Shown here: one piece after another, positions 1-14,532 of the stretch | Numbering within the stretch: the first letter of the stretch is position 1 | Layout of the letters: every line of letters begins with the position of its first letter | DNA from: Asterias rubens | Lineage: Eukaryota | Assembly (NCBI RefSeq): GCF_902459465.1 | Contig: NC_047071.1 | Span: forward strand, 6,324,001-6,388,000 | Length of the DNA stretch: 64,000 bases | Reading direction: 5' to 3' | Translations under genes and position numbers: made by a program | Notes under the pieces: model-generated | Database searches by the model: none | The model's input: only the letters and a program-made list of their open reading frames with translations | Told to the model about the DNA's origin: nothing

Positions 1-1384
1 GTTAACCGAATTGATGTATGTCTCTAGAGACACATATCAATATTATATATACGACCAAATTAAACAATCATTTGGGTAAGGCGGCCATTTTGAATTTCAA
101 AATGGCCACATCAAATGCATTTTTGCCCGTATCACGGTCTATAATTCTCACAGAAACTTGGTGTTGGTTTTTTACCCATGTTGTCAGAGTCAATGAACCC
201 AATAAGAACTTTGGATCATTTGGTTCAAGGAGCCATCTTGAATTTCACAATGGCCGCCAATTAAATGTGCTTGTTTGACATATCTTGGTCTGTAGAGACG
301 CATACATGTACATACATGGATGCGCAAGTTTTACGGGTCAACAAATCCATTTAAAACATGTCCATCCCAGCTAACTCTGACAAACTGGCCCAGATCTAGC
401 CCAGAAGTGACATGCCCTAGCTGACTTGGTCTGGGCCAGTCGCACGTATTCAGATGCTGTCAGATCTGGGCCATGTTTGGCCAGACCAGATCAGAATGCC
501 AAAGAATCATGTGTATCTGGACTTCCGACAAGTTCGCACTGTATGAAATAAAGTTTGACCCCAGCCTTTAAAGATAATGATGTGAACAAATATCATTTTG
601 CTTTCGTGTGCTGACATTGTTTAAGTTACTAAGTACATACATGTACTTAAAATCTTTTGACAAGAACTTAGCTATAATGTCATAGGTTTAAAAATCTGTT
701 TACAACAAAAGTTTATTGTTTTGAAAAATCCTATCATGAGCAACAAATGATTTTCGGCTTGGCTTTTTCTGTTAAATATTTGGTGTATGCAGGTTGTTTA
801 TAGTTCCCACTGAAACCATTGAGGAAAAATTTAATGTATAAAAGTAATCTATTTTCATATTGATTTCTTTGCATTTTGGCGAGCTATTAACAATATTCTT
901 TCCATCAATTCAAACACTGACCGACGGTACCCGAACACCGAAGTATTTGTTTCTATAAACACTAAATTCTAGTTTATTTCAGGGTTGTTTCCCCTATTTT
1001 TTGATTATTTTTTTATATCAGCTTGGCATGTCTTATAAAAGCAATGATGTGATAAGCCGAGTAACTGGATTAAAGGGGTTTCCTAATGCTTACGTAAATG
1101 CTTGACGGGCGCTCACTTGATCATTCTTACATCATGTAGTGTTTCAGCTCTTTATTTATTATCACAGGCCTGCAAAAAAAAACATGTGTCAGCTATTTTA
1201 AATCCTTGGTTACAGTTACAAACTTTGAGTTATGCCTGAATCTTTTTTTTTTTAAGAAAAAATTTTTAAAAAAAAGGCAAATTTGGCCTTCCAGTACAAC
1301 CAGAAGTAAAGCTATTGGGGGATGACTTTAACTTTTCAAATGTTTCCCTAGTTTTTATCTGTCAAATTGCCCAACCATGAACTT

Positions 1385-3160
1385 CTTTTTTTTTTCTTTT
1401 TTTTTTGATGTGGAGTTATATTACTCCGTTTATTCAACATTCATCAGCAAAGGCATACATCAAATAAACACACTATCAAAAGACACTCCGGTAAATACTT
1501 CTAATATATAACAGGCACAGTAAGTAACAGAAGCTCAGAAAATAACAATAATAATAACAATAAACAAAATAATTAAATAGTTAAATGAATACCTCTATTA
1601 TATATACAAATATCTACAATTTAGCGTGACTCGGGAATCACGTGGTTCAGGAAAAAACAATACTGACAACAACAAAAACAAAAATTAGAAAAACATGATA
1701 CATATGGGACAAAGGAAATAACTTGGCCCTTGGTAAAACAGGCAATTAGTAATTAAAACGGACTTCGTCCTTAGTGGTGAAACACAAAGCATTGTTCCTA
1801 GTATAGCAATTTTTGAATGATTCTGGTTTTAACCTGTTCTTTTCCATTCGAAGAAAATATTTCAAAGATAACTTTAACTGTGAGATGATGTCGATTTCGG
1901 CTGGTCTGGAATAACTATTAAACACCTTTTTGCATCGAATATTCCAGATCAGCCTAAGCAATTTAGCAACAACGATGGCCTGAACCGGTTTTAGAGCATA
2001 TCCAAGAATTCTGTTAGAGTCGTTTAAATAAAAATATTTGTTACCTGTATATTTGCTAAGCAATCTTTCTACAAAAATCCAAGCATCCAATGTGTGAGTA
2101 CAGTAAATGAAAATATGCTCATGAGTTTCTCTTTCTACATTACAGAGCGGGCAAGATTCTTCTCTAACAATACCAATTTTAAGCAAAACATCTTTTGTAG
2201 GTAAAATTCTGTGTCTAAGTTTGTACATGAATTGCTTATCATCAGAATCCATTAAGTAGTTCTTAAAATCGCTGATCCATATCGCAGACCAATCAAGATC
2301 TTGACTAGTACTGAATATATTTTGCCAAATTGGTTGAACTCTAGGAACTACAGTTTTTTTCCTAATCAGGTTGCCGTAGTTGGTCTTGGCTTTAGTTAAA
2401 TACATCGGAGCAGACTCCTCTCCGTTATAATCTTTGATGACTAACCAATTACATAAAGGAGTAGCTGGACCTTCTCTTTTTTCTTCAACTAGGTTATAAT
2501 CCACATGATGCTTAAGGCGACCTAGCATTCTACCGGCATTAATATTACGTAATGCACACATTTCAGCAATTTCTTTAAAAGAGATCAGTTTACCCTGTTT
2601 CACAATATGTTTTATCCTGTTAATACCAAAAGATTTAAGCACGGTACTACCAAAAGTGACGTTGTCCTTGGTGACGCTAACATTATTCCACAAAGGCATT
2701 TCTCTTGTTTCTAAAACACTAGAATGTTTACAATCCATAATACCCCCTGCTTTATCAAAGGCATTGATCACATCAATATAAAAGGACGTGGTTTTCAGAG
2801 CTTTTTTCTGATTGGCAAATATATACCATCCCAAGTGATCATTGGCGCTAGGTTTATTAATCCAATAGTCAAAGAAATATTTCCATTTCCCTTGAGATGA
2901 GGGGTATCGAGCTAGCCAGTTTAATTTGAGGCTCATTAATTTGCAGTTAATGTCAACAAGACCCATCCCACCCGAGTCTTTTGGACCAATGATGGTAGCC
3001 CTCTTAATTTTTTCGATTTTACCATCCCAAAAGAAATTCCAGATCATACTATTCATCTTTTTCACGGTTTCCTCGGGACAGGTTAACACGCTGCCAAGGT
3101 AATTAATACACGGCCCAATCAAAATATTTACAATGAACTTCTTAGCTTTCAAGTTCAATT
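1385..3160 (-). mobile_element. 5'-truncated L1/Tx1-clade LINE (ORF2 C-terminal region, 3' UTR, poly-A)
   Basis: Open 470-aa frame 1746-3158 with IWNFFWDGK...GGMGLVD and zf-RVT-like CPLCNVERETHEHIFIYC; T-rich tract at 1385-1407 is the poly-A tail on the minus strand; no RT core retained. Confidence 0.85.
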
Positions 3161-3412
3161 AAATTAAACCAGTGAATAACTAATTACCACTTTTCAATTC
3201 TAGAAACCTTGTAATTCAACACCTTATGACATCATTATGGCATCTTGATGTTGAGGGTTCACGAACACCTAGAAAAAACAAGAGCAAGAGGTGATTGGCT
3301 GAATACTTAACACCTTAAAACAACAACACAGTTTTTATAAGTTCATTATTGGTGATACTGTTTAACAGTAAACTACATTTCAATATATATATATATTTTC
3401 TTTTACCTGTAG

Positions 3413-3472
3413 ATCAATGAAGGCTACGAAATACAGCGACCACGTTGTTATGGTAGCTCTGACAAGAAAAAG
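3413..3472 (+). CDS. PDE8: PDE8 coding exon (receiver-like domain), phase 2-2
   Basis: ttttacctgtAG acceptor, AG|gttggt donor; encodes (R)SMKATKYSDHVVMVALTRK(S), resembling vertebrate PDE8 [20 protein letters not shown] as recalled; splices in frame to 10272. Confidence 0.8.
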
Positions 3473-3737
3473 GTTGGTATTCAACATTGTTAGTTTTACC
3501 CCCCGTTTTACCATCTTAAACATGTTTAATGCCCTTTGGTATCGCTGAACTGTTTGATGGTGTGCCCTCAGTTGTCAGGTCTGTGTACAATTAATATAAT
3601 ATTCAAGATTTAAATTTTATTTGATAACATTGAAAACATGAAACAAATTTCTTTCCATTTGCTATTGTAGAATGCTTAAAAGTAATTAGGCATAAACCCT
3701 AAGAAAACATTTAAAAACTAAGAAAACTTTAGAAATA

Positions 3738-3942
3738 TAAGACACTGGACACTATTGGTAATTGTCAAAGACTAGCCTTCCATTTGGTGTATTGCAACAT
3801 ATGCATAAAATAAGAAACCTGTGAAAATTTGAGCTCAATTGGTCATCGAAATTGCGTGATAATAATGGAAGAAAAAACTACCCTGTTTACACGAAGTTGT
3901 GTGCTTTCATTATGAGTATTACAATAGTGTCCAGTGCTTTAA
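3738..3942. mobile_element. internally deleted copy of the TTAA-flanked MITE family also at 34392 and 39136
   Basis: Ends cactggacactattggtaattgtcaaagac ... caatagtgtccagtgctttaa; colinear with the longer copies but lacks their central ~150 bp. Confidence 0.7.
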
Positions 3943-5658
3943 TACTTAAATGTAAAATATTAAATTGAGAGATGATACATTTTCATCCGTTCTTATTGAG
4001 TCCAGAATTTCCTCATCAGCCCTTTATAATCAACAATGTTTATTGGTTTTGTTACGGATATATCCGGACACCAAGCATAACATGGCTAGTGCATATATAT
4101 GTTAGTTACCAATCATTTCCCCTGCACTGTCAGGAATCAGCCCCTAAAAATAAGTGTGGTTTTTTTTTGGACGAAGAATGTGTAGCTATGAGGCTTGAAA
4201 CATTTATTGCAACCACCGAATTCCAAGAGCAGAAACAGTAACAATCGATAATAAACTGGGAAGTGCAGATTCTTAATGCTGAATGTTGTCATAATTTCTG
4301 GCATTCTTGTTTTGTTGCCCACTGAAGTTTTCTATAAAATTGGTTAAGTTTCTTGATCTTGAAACTTACCCATGGAATGATCGATACATACTCATAGAAC
4401 TATAATGAGGCTTGTGCCGCTATCATCTCAAACCCCATACTTCTGTAGGAGTGTCCCTTTTTGATTCAAAAACATCTAACAATTTTAGGGAAAAACAAAT
4501 GATTTTCAAGAGTGAACTTTTCAAAACATCTTGAAAACATCTTGACAATGTCATCTTGACCACTTGAAGGAGTCGTGCACACACGTTCTCATAATCACGT
4601 CAAAGGTTTCTTTTCAACGTTACCGAATAACGGGATCGAGCATCTTGATTTACTTGCATCATGTGTTTCTTTTTGTACGCATGCTTAGTAGCTCCAGCTA
4701 CACCAGGGTCCTATGTTACACAAGCGGTGTTCTTTCACACACCAGGCACCGACAATCGTGGTATTATTTACACATCTCTGTGTTTTTAAGACACTGGTTT
4801 ACACCATGGTCTTAAAAGATGAGGGACCCGTGCTTATTAAGCAGAGGTATGTGTAACTTAAACACGATGTGGATTAAACAACTTTGTGTTCTTAGGACCA
4901 AGGCCCCCTGCTTATTTTCCTTGTGTGAAAAGGCCTTTCTTGTACTTGATTATTCACTTGATTACTCAGTTGGAATAGGTATACCTCAAGCATTACAAAG
5001 AGTACTTCCATGCAAGCATTTTCAAAGCATTCTACATGCACTACCTGTTTAGACAGGTCAAAAGGTCAAGAGAAGGTCACCAACATATCCATTTTAATGA
5101 AGTACGTAAAGCCCTTTCATATGATGTATAGATTGTCAAAATAGCTTATTTGGTTGAGGAAATATGAACCTTTGAAATAGCGTTAAATTTCCTTGTATTT
5201 CACGAGCGCGCATGTAATAATGTATGGGCTGTACAATTTAGGTTTATATCACACTCTTGTTGCTATGGATCGACCAATCAGAATCAAGAATTTAAGTCTG
5301 CTTGAAGATAATGACCAATACATGTCTGGTATAACCAGTTAAAATCCAGTACGTTTTTGCTTTACCATTAATTTATATGTTACATGGGGTGATCAGTCAA
5401 CACTTATAAAGCCATTTGCAAATTAGATTTGCATAATGTCTGGTAGCTGGTACTAAGGTTAGCTGGTAGAATGACTTGCTTGGTCACAAGGGATTGTGAA
5501 TGCTATTTTTGTATTTTTTGTTTATATCACTGCTAAGCTTTTGTATAGCAGCCACTACATCAACAAAGCCTTCTGTTATTCTACATTGAAAGTCATATAA
5601 CAGTTGGTGTTCACTGTTTCTTGAAAGAGCTTGTCCCAAATTATCTGACAAACACAGC

Positions 5659-5886
5659 ATTTTGAGGCACACTGACACCATGTCACTATGATGGAGACTA
5701 ATAAATTCAAATTTTAGTAAGTCACTGTACCAGACTTTAGGTCAAGGCACTTTTTCATACTTCCAGACCTGATACTTCTGATAATAAAGAAATGCACCTT
5801 ATTTGGGATCAGAACATTTCAAAGGACAGGGATAACAACACGATCAGTATCCATCATAGTGACATGGTGTCAGTGTGCCTCAAAAT
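5659..5886. mobile_element. 228-bp MITE-like foldback with 37-bp perfect terminal inverted repeats
   Basis: attttgaggcacactgacaccatgtcactatgatgga (5659-5695) is the reverse complement of 5850-5886; no TSD identified. Confidence 0.65.
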
Positions 5887-6189
5887 CTTAAACTAAGCAC
5901 CGGTGGAATCGAACCACCCACAACACTCTGGATTGTACAAGGAAAATTGCTATAATATAGAACCAAGAGAACAATGTGTCAACCTCAGATGCTTTCTGTT
6001 AATAGTTTAAAAAATTGAGTAACAACACCATCTGTGCTTACATATCAACCACATTTGGGGAAGATACATGTATAAACAATATTTTAACTTGTAGGGGTCA
6101 CTATAAGGTCACTGAGTCACAGGCAGTGCTGACCGCAGACATCCGGAGCACCTGGGAATCCAGGCACCGGGTTTGGGTTCCCACGTGAT

Positions 6190-7110
6190 CAGGGGTCGAT
6201 TTCACTAACGCGTTTTGGTCATCGCAAACGCCAAAATCGATCGCTAAATCTAAATCCATCGCAACTTAGCGATGGATTTTTAGCCGACAATTTCACTAAA
6301 ACTTAACGATGAATATACTCGTCGCAAAGTTTTATTTAGCGATGACAATCTTGCGATGACATGTTAGTGGTCGGAAAGTAAAAGTTCATCGCAAACTTAT
6401 GATACATCGCGCCATTATGTGCTTATAGTTATAGCGGTGTACGTTTTGACGTATAAATTGCCCGTGATTTAGAGTAAAATGAGTGGCGCTACATTATTGT
6501 AGTCTTGCGGTCTTTTACCTGGTAGACTCAGATTGCCGATGACAACTATCAGCGACGCAACTGCAGCAAAGAGCCCCTTAATATCGGTAAAAAGGAGATA
6601 CTATATGGGTTCGATTATTTTAACCATCATTTTTAAAAAAAATGTGTAATGTATTGGCAAATTGACAGTGTGAAGCTATATTATTAGACAGATATGTCAG
6701 AATTTTCATCAACCCCACCGTAACAACAGATTTACGAAAACTGTTTATTAAAATCTAAAATTATAATAGAGGCCATAGGCCTATAAATGCTTTAACCCTT
6801 TGTAAATGAATGCCTAAACATCGTCCACAATAGTTCGTAGGCACCAACATGACAACGACTTACATATAAACTGCACAATGCCATTTCATTTCGAGCGACG
6901 ACCGACGATTTTGTTGCGGGATGTCAAAGGTCACTACTATTAGCCTCGTACAAAAACTTTATTTCCCTTTTAACGTCATCGCAATTGCGATGACTTTAGT
7001 GAAACGCAGAATTAGCGACATCGCAATTGCGATGGATTTGAGGTTTGCGATCTCATCGCAAGTGTGTTAGCGATGATCGCAAACATAGACGTTAGTGAAA
7101 TCGGCCCCTG
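6190..7110. mobile_element. ~920-bp non-autonomous DNA transposon (Harbinger-like MITE) with TCGC/GCGA-rich subterminal repeats
   Basis: 21-bp TIR caggggtcgatttcactaacg / cgttagtgaaatcggcccctg (1 mismatch); many tcgcaa/ttgcga/gcgatg motifs in both arms. The superfamily call is inference. Confidence 0.7.
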
Positions 7111-9787
7111 GAGAGGGCAGTCGGTGCTGATCTGGGTCTCTCTGGTCTCAACAGCCAATGCAAATACATGTAGACCACTTTTGGATTGCACCAGGCCTAC
7201 TCCCCCATTTTCTGTCAAGATTAAAGAAAACGCAACTCCCTGTGATTATAAAAAGAAGACGAGAATCAAAGACTAAAGGAAAGCTGTTTTTGTGTCACAA
7301 TTATTTTTTCAGTTGTGTTGTCCTATTCCTGTCTAGGTCTGTAGCATTTAATTATTGTCAATCAACAAACAACACAAGTTCTTGACAACGACAGCGCGTT
7401 ACAATATATAATAAACAAGTCGCAGGCATCAGCACTAGGAATAGGATGTTAAGGATCTAATAAAATGCGTACAGGTAAAAAAACTTAAGGAAATTTGTTT
7501 GAAATTGTATTGCTAGAATCTGTAAACAAGTACATTCGGCACACAACAAATATTACAATTAGAAGTAGCCCAATTTTCAAAAATACTGAAATAACTTACC
7601 AGTAGCTTGAAGGTGTGAAGATCAAAGACAGCCAAATATAAATATAAAAAAACTACAAAATGTTAATAACAATAGAAAACACAAGCAAACTGAATATTAA
7701 CAAAGAGCAAAAAAAAGATATTGAAAGTAGAACATGAGTCACCCAACTTAAACTGAACTCTTCATTCGTCATGCACCAATTTCCTTTCTTTTCATCATGA
7801 TGCCAGTTTGTAACTCACAAATTCTGAACTAAGCACCAGTGGAATCAACAGAACAATTTGAATATGACATTTTGATGACCATGAAATTGTTTAAAACCTG
7901 CTAGGCCTTAGAGTTAGACCCAGTAACATGTCTAAGCCCTTAAGTTGTGATGACATGAGACGGCTTCTAGAAACTATAATAAGGCTCCCAAGGAGTAAGT
8001 TTCTTGAGTACAAGTAGGTTATTACATAAGCCCTACCTTAGTAAGCGGAAGCCCTACCTTTTTTTGTCCAGGGCCAAGCATAATGATTGATAAAAAACAT
8101 AAAGTGTGTTCATTTAAAAAAATGTTTAATAACAGGCCCTGTCGATGTTCCCTCTTGTTGATGAACTCCCCTCAGTCAAATTCTAGCACTCTCAGAAACA
8201 ATCGTTAATCTTTACATGTATTTATTCAATGATTGAAAGTTTTACCTGAATTTGTTGACTGAGTTTGCTACCTCCATCGTTTGGATGCCACTTCATGACT
8301 TGCGGCCAGTTGCTCCGCTTCACCTTCAACCTCCGACCTCAACTTCAGACCTTTTCTCCTAATTTTTTCTCATGGAAATCGATAAAATGTCAAGCCATTT
8401 CCAGCTATTCGTGCAACCCCAAGCACTACATCCCGTATTTTAGCCTGTGAGATTACGAATCTACGAATTCCCCCATAGTTTGACATACATGAACACCTTC
8501 ATAAAAGTACAATAATCTTTCGTGTGTGTGGTTTGACGTCACGTTGTACAATGTATGTGTGATGATGTTGTGATTTTTACGCCGTGTTTTTTGGTAACAA
8601 CATGGCGTCCATAAACCATGTGACGAAAATAACTGGTCCCCTCATGTCGCAACTCTCCCAATATACGGCTCTGTGTGTAATGTATGGTGTTTAACGATGG
8701 TTTTGGTTAAAAACAGCTTTCTGAAAACTTAATTTTTAGGAGTAAAGACGATCTTGCGGGATTTGTACACTAGTTTATTTTCATTGCCAAGTATTCACTC
8801 TATCATTTAATGGAAAAAAATACAAGAAATATTTTGGCTGTTGGTGACCAATTGAGAAAATATTATTCAACGTTTCGATTTCTGTTTATTTTGCGATGTA
8901 TTTTTTTTATCTGACTTTGGGCAAAGGTTTCAAAATAAATTATACATCAAATAAAAAGAGTAATAAAGCAGCTGCTAGGCAAATAGATTTTTACAAAAAC
9001 CAAGTCAAGGCTTTACACAAAGCCTTTTTATAACAGGTCGATCAAATTCAGATTTGCCATATGATTAAAGCCTAAAAATATTTTATTTTATATTTTAAAA
9101 GTATCATTAGATATGTCCAGTAAAAGTATTAACAAAAACTGGAAAAATATTTTTTGAAGACATGTCTGGCTCCCAAACCACTGTGGTATGGGCTCACTTA
9201 CATGTGCAGGTTTTTAGTGAAACAAGGCAAACTTATACAATTTATGCATATTTCCCTTTCTTCCATTTTCCACCTTAAGTTGTTTGAAGGGTTACAAGAG
9301 ACACTTGCATGCAAACATGGTGTCATAATGATATCATTTCTACTACGATCAGGGCATTTGCTTAGATATTAGTGAAAACAAAAGCTAAAAACAGCAATTT
9401 TTTTATTTTTACAAACTATGCAGTATTTTCCCTGCTTGATATTTTGTTGGAGGGTTTCAAGAGAAAATTAAACACAAAAAATGATGTTGCAGGTCAACCC
9501 ATTTTTTGCCTAGATTGAATAGACTAGTGGTGCATTCTGTTATACAAGCGAGGCCTATACCCTTACGGACTGTGAACGAAGTAACACTGTTTCAGCCCAG
9601 GAGTAGGTGGCAAACCTGCCTATGGCCACATTTGATTTGGAATGATCAGTTAAGTGAAGCCCTCACTTTGAAGTAACCATTCCGCCTCTTGAGATATCTC
9701 ATTATTAACGAATAACAGAATCTTTAAAAACTCAGTCCTCCTTGTTAGTGTGTTCATGGTTGCTTTTATTTCTTTACAAGTTGTTCA

Positions 9788-10179
9788 TTAAAGGGCGGCT
9801 ACAGGATGCTCTGAATTATATAGTTATTACTTGTTTGTAGTAGATGGAGTCCATAAGAACCAGAAACAAAATATAACAAGTCTCTTACCTCACATTAAAG
9901 CATGGTAAAAGTTTTGTTTCTCCAAACAAACCCGCGCAACAAAGGACTCATATCGCTGTCTATTTGCTATGGAAAATAGCCACCTCCATTGGCCAAAGCT
10001 CCATTGGCCCAAACCCTATTGGGAAATTGCACCAATGATGTCAAGGGGCAATTGCATTCGCTATTAAAGACTCTTGGCTGAAAAAGACGCGCGACGAGGT
10101 GAATTTTTGACTTGAACTATTTATTACTTAATGCAAGTATGAGTGAAAATATTGAGATTATCCTGTAGCCTCTGTTTAA
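9788..10179. mobile_element. TTAA-flanked MITE (Kolobok-like), decayed
   Basis: ttaaagggcggctacaggat ... atcctgtagcctctgtttaa imperfect TIR with TTAA at both ends. Confidence 0.5.
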
Positions 10180-10271
10180 AAGGTTTCTATTGAAGTGACC
10201 TACATATACATGTTTCTAAAATATCAGAATTAATGCTACAATTTTGTGTCATAATTTTTACTTTCATGTAG

Positions 10272-10418
10272 TTCTGTTGACAAAGATGAGATCTCCATCT
10301 TGCCGCTTTTAAATGCTGGGTTTAATCGTCGCATATTTGAGAATGCCAACACTGCTACCTGCCTGAACGAGCTTTTGCAGTTGGAGTATGGAGAGGTTAG
10401 GTCACAGATCAAACTCAG
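10272..10418 (+). CDS. PDE8: PDE8 coding exon (end of receiver-like domain), phase 2-2
   Basis: 147 bp, AG/GT bounded; SVDKDEISILPLLNAGFNRRIFENANTATCLNELLQLEYGEVRSQIKL(R) matches PDE8 VLPLLHAGFNRRFMEN...NELIQIEHGEVRSQFKLR. Confidence 0.93.
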
Positions 10419-10914
10419 GTATTGTCTGTTAGGGTTATTTGCTTACTTAGAGTGTTACATTATCATTTGATCAATAAATAGAAATTATATATGTATAATG
10501 TCTCAAAAGAAAATATGTGTCTAAGTCACTTTACTTGCCTTAAGAGGGAATACTAAAATTTGCATTGTTCCCTATTTCCAAAAGGCAATTTCAGTTTTAC
10601 CCACAAAAGCAGTCCCTCTGCTGTCTTCTCCTCGATGCCCTGTGACATGCGCACTACATTAGCATCCATTTTTTCCCTACAGTCCCATTGTCTCCGGTCA
10701 GTCTGCCCAGGTCCACCCAACCAAAGGGGAATTGCCATGGCAAGAAATGTGACAAGTTTTAGACACCAAAATGTTAAAGTGAGTCTTTAAATGGGGCATG
10801 AGGAGACAAAATTGCCGCTATATTTTTAGTGAATTTATTCTTAATTTGAAAAATGTAGAGAAGAGAACAGAGTGCGTTTAATGTTGGTTCTCTAAGCATT
10901 TAGAAAGGGAATGT

Positions 10915-11870
10915 CATAATAATAATAATAAAGAATATTTATAGGGCGCCAAAATCCACCAAAATGAGGTGCTCAAGGCGCACAGGAGGGGGAACCACAC
11001 ACAGCTAGGAAAATAAGACAAATAGACCAGTTACACATAGGCAAGATTAAGCAGTGTGATTTTCAACTTAACCTTGAAATATTGCGGATCTGAAGAGGCA
11101 AGTCATTCCAGAAGGTGGGTCCAGCATGGGAAAATGACCTATCGCCCCATGATTTGCTACTCTTAGTAACTTGAAGCATGCATGTATTGGAAGATCGGAG
11201 AGATCGCACAGGAGTATAAGCTTTAAACCAAAGAAATGTTATATAGGAGCAGAACCATTGATGCAATGAAAGATAAGCAACAGAAGTTTGAAAGTAAGAC
11301 GAGATTCGACTGGTAGCCAGTGTAGTGACTTCAGAACCGGTGCAATGTGAGTGTGTTTCCTGGTAAGAGGGACAATGCGAGCGACTGTTTTTGTAATTTT
11401 TGTAGTTTAGAAAGTTGAGTTTGGGGTAAGTGAAAAAGAAGACCGTTACCGAAATCCAGTCGAGAAGAAATGAGAGCATGGACTATTTTCTCAGTGGCTG
11501 GGCGTGTCGGGTATTTGCGGATCAGGCCAACATTTCTCAACTGGTAACGAACAGATTTACACACATTGTATATATGACCTGACATAGACATTGTACAATC
11601 AAAAGTTATACCAAGGTTTCTGCAAGAATGAGAGAGAGGAATCACAGAATCAGCAATCTTGAAAGAAGTAACATTGATCTTATCTGATTGAACCTTAGAA
11701 CCAAATAATAGAAACTCAGACTTAGCACAATTCAATTAAAGAGAGTACAGACTCAACCAGCTGCAAATATCCTCAAAACAAGATTCAAGGTTGCGAATGG
11801 AACATAGTGCCTGACTTTGACTTGGGGGAAAAGAAACGAATGACTGAATGTCATCATCAGTCAGCTGCAC
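10915..11870 (-). mobile_element. 5'-truncated L2/CR1-group LINE, frameshifted
   Basis: Minus frames give LNCAKSEFLLFG...RNLGITFD...HALISSRLDFGNGLL...LQKLQ and RSFSHAGPTFWNDLP; 3' end gcgccctataaatattct(tta)n. Confidence 0.85.
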
Positions 11871-12399
11871 AATAAGGGAATCAATGTTTACCGACACGAA
11901 GTCGAGGTAAACTATCAAGAACCAGGCCTCGGCTGGTTTAAACCACTAGTTGAAAACCGATTCAACACACTTTGATTCCCATTCATAAATACCTTTTCGG
12001 TAAAAAAACATCAACACTTTTTGGTCAAAAGGTAAAATAAACGCAAAAATTATAATTGTTCAATGATTTCTTTCAATACAACACCCTGCCAGCTATGAAA
12101 TGGTAAGGCCCTCGGGTAAACAACTCCTAATAAGGGAATGCTGAGCGCGTCGCGCGTATTGCGTGATGTTGCACAACTGTTTCAGCCGTTGCTCTCGACC
12201 AATAGGAATGAAGAAACTGTGTTATAATCACAGTTGCAAATTAAGCTCGCGTGTCACGCCCATGTTTCAACACTTTTTACTGGTGTTATATCATCCATTC
12301 AAACGACCCCTTGTGATGCCCTCTCGATCAATCAGAATGGATAAACTGTCTTAGGTATTTATGAATGAGGGATGAAAGTGAGCCTGCTGTGAATAAAAA

Positions 12400-13150
12400 T
12401 ACCAAGTTTCTTCTGAACATCAACCCAAGTAAGAAAGTTATCACCTAAAGTGTAATCAAATTGGACAGACCTCTTCTCAAGAGTCAGGGTTGAAATACTA
12501 CACGTTTCAACACTAAGAAATAGACGCCGTGTTTTAGACCAGTCAAGAATTCTATCTTAATCAGCCTGCAAACACATTTATCGGCTGTGCAACCAATCTC
12601 CCGAAAAACCATTATCAGCATAAAGTAAATATATACTTAAACATTCAGGGAGACTGTTAACAAATAATATAAAAAATATGAGAGGTCCTAGACTGGAACC
12701 CCTTGGAATATACCAGAGGGCACTTAATAAACATGTTAAATTAATATCGAGGATAAAGAATATTCATTTTGGTTTTTACCAATACAGAGGGCACTGTTTT
12801 TCATTCAGATGAAAAACCATCCACGACTACTCTATGTTTGATACCAGTTCGCTAACTTTGTAACAAAATTAAAACATTTAGATAGATATTGTGAGAATTC
12901 AGTTTGTACAAAAGAAAATCATGATTGACTCAATCAAATGCCTCAACAATATCCAACTGCTCTCTCTGATGAACAGCACGGTATGCATCCAGTAAAAGTG
13001 AAGGAAGATTTTTTGGAAAAATCCCTTCCTAAGACAAAATTACTCAGTAATGGTAGGTCGAACATGAGAACAAATCTGCTAACATGTATAGGGAACACTG
13101 CAAGTGTAGTATTCTCTCTACAGTTAAGTATTAGTTCATAGACACTTTCC
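12400..13150 (-). mobile_element. highly degenerate CR1-type RT fragment
   Basis: Minus strand ttccaaggggttccagtctaggacctctcatattt resembles GVPQGSILGPLLF; the rest is broken by stops and frameshifts. Confidence 0.4.
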
Positions 13151-13501
13151 ACACTATTGTGTTTTTTTAGTTGTTTTTTTGCGTTTTATTTGGGGGGGGG
13201 TAGAGGGGATTTATGTTACGTGACCATATCAATTAAATAACATTTTCACAAGCTGGTTGTATGGCGTGTATTCGAAACCAGACGATGGGTATGAATCGAC
13301 TGTTCTTAAAACAGTTTATTACCACTTAATAACTGTAATTAATCACTAACGATATACATATAACATTGCATTTTGCCATTAAACCTTTTCACTTGACCTC
13401 AGTTGTTTGGTGCTGGGCTATATTTTTGTGCAGGAGTTGCTGTATGAAAATTGCCCCTTATTATTATTGTAATCTCTTTCACACTCTCACATCTTATCCA
13501 G

Positions 13502-13721
13502 GGCCGTAAATGCATTACTTAGTGCACTTGAAAAATGCTCAGATGCAGTGGAAATAACCAATGAGAATCGCACTGTCCAATTCATCAACACAGCCTATAA
13601 ACAGCAAATGGGATACACCAGTGAGGAACTAGTAGGCCATGAAATGGAAGACCTCCCTCGATGTGACAAGAACAAACCAGAGCTTATGGATTCAATTTAC
13701 TCCCAACTCAAAAAGGCAAAG
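13502..13721 (+). CDS. PDE8: PDE8 coding exon (PAS domain), phase 2-0
   Basis: 220 bp, AG/GT bounded; AVNALLSALEKCSDAVEITNENRTVQFINTAYKQQMGYTSEELVGHEMEDLPRCDKNKPELMDSIYSQLKKAK matches the PDE8 PAS region. Confidence 0.95.
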
Positions 13722-14443
13722 GTAGGAGAAGACATTTGAAATGTTGATTTGAACCCAAATTGCAGACCCAAACCACACTAGGTTAGTACAGCATTTTGGA
13801 CCATAATGTAATCCCTAATACAAATGTACCCTAGTCACACTATGGCCAGAATGACTTGGAATGCCTTCAAAATGAAAAGTCATTGTACATGTTAAGTGCA
13901 CTCCAAATATTTGGTCCCATTCTTGTGGCTGGCTGGAATGTTTTGCTCATGCTCAAAACTAAATGTACAAGTGTATAAAGGTGCATATGGAAATGGAGAA
14001 ATATCGAACAGCATTCTAAGTGTATTCTAACTGCAACGCTGACTGTATTCTAAATGTTCTAATGGCATTCCGACAGCATTCAAAACATTTTGATCGCATT
14101 CCAGGGAGAATCGAAAGGCAACATGGTCCAGGGGGTCCATACTCAGTGGTGGTTGTGCTTAGACTGACCAAAATGCTAGATTCAGCAGCATATTGTACCA
14201 TTCGCAGTACATTCTTAATATTCAAAGTGTTTTAGAATTCCAACCATATTCAGTGGCCATTCCAGGAGCGTTCTGACTGCATTTGAGGTGAATCTAAATG
14301 ACATTATTTTAAAGCTTCGTCAATTTGTAATTCTCTCTTGAATTTGAAACTTATTTTTAAAATTCTTCATTCCTGCTGATGTTAGTGTGACGGGGCCTTT
14401 CAATTGAAAATAAATACTATTGTTGTAATCCTGTATTTTACAG

Positions 14444-14532
14444 AATTGGGAAGGTATGCTGTACTCCAAGAAAAAGAATGGGGAGAGTGTGCCCCAGCTT
14501 GTTCATATCAGCCCTATAACTGGACAGGGAGG
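14444..14532 (+). CDS. PDE8: PDE8 coding exon (PAS C-terminal part), phase 0-2
   Basis: ctgtattttacAG acceptor, GG|gtaagt donor; NWEGMLYSKKKNGESVPQLVHISPITGQG(G) matches PDE8 [30 protein letters not shown]. Confidence 0.93.

Noticed and set aside
3150-11740. Shared ttcaattaaa at 3153-3162 and 11731-11740 near LINE breakpoints
   Set aside because: Short AT-rich match; the second site is an internal lesion of the L2 rather than its 5' end, so likely chance.
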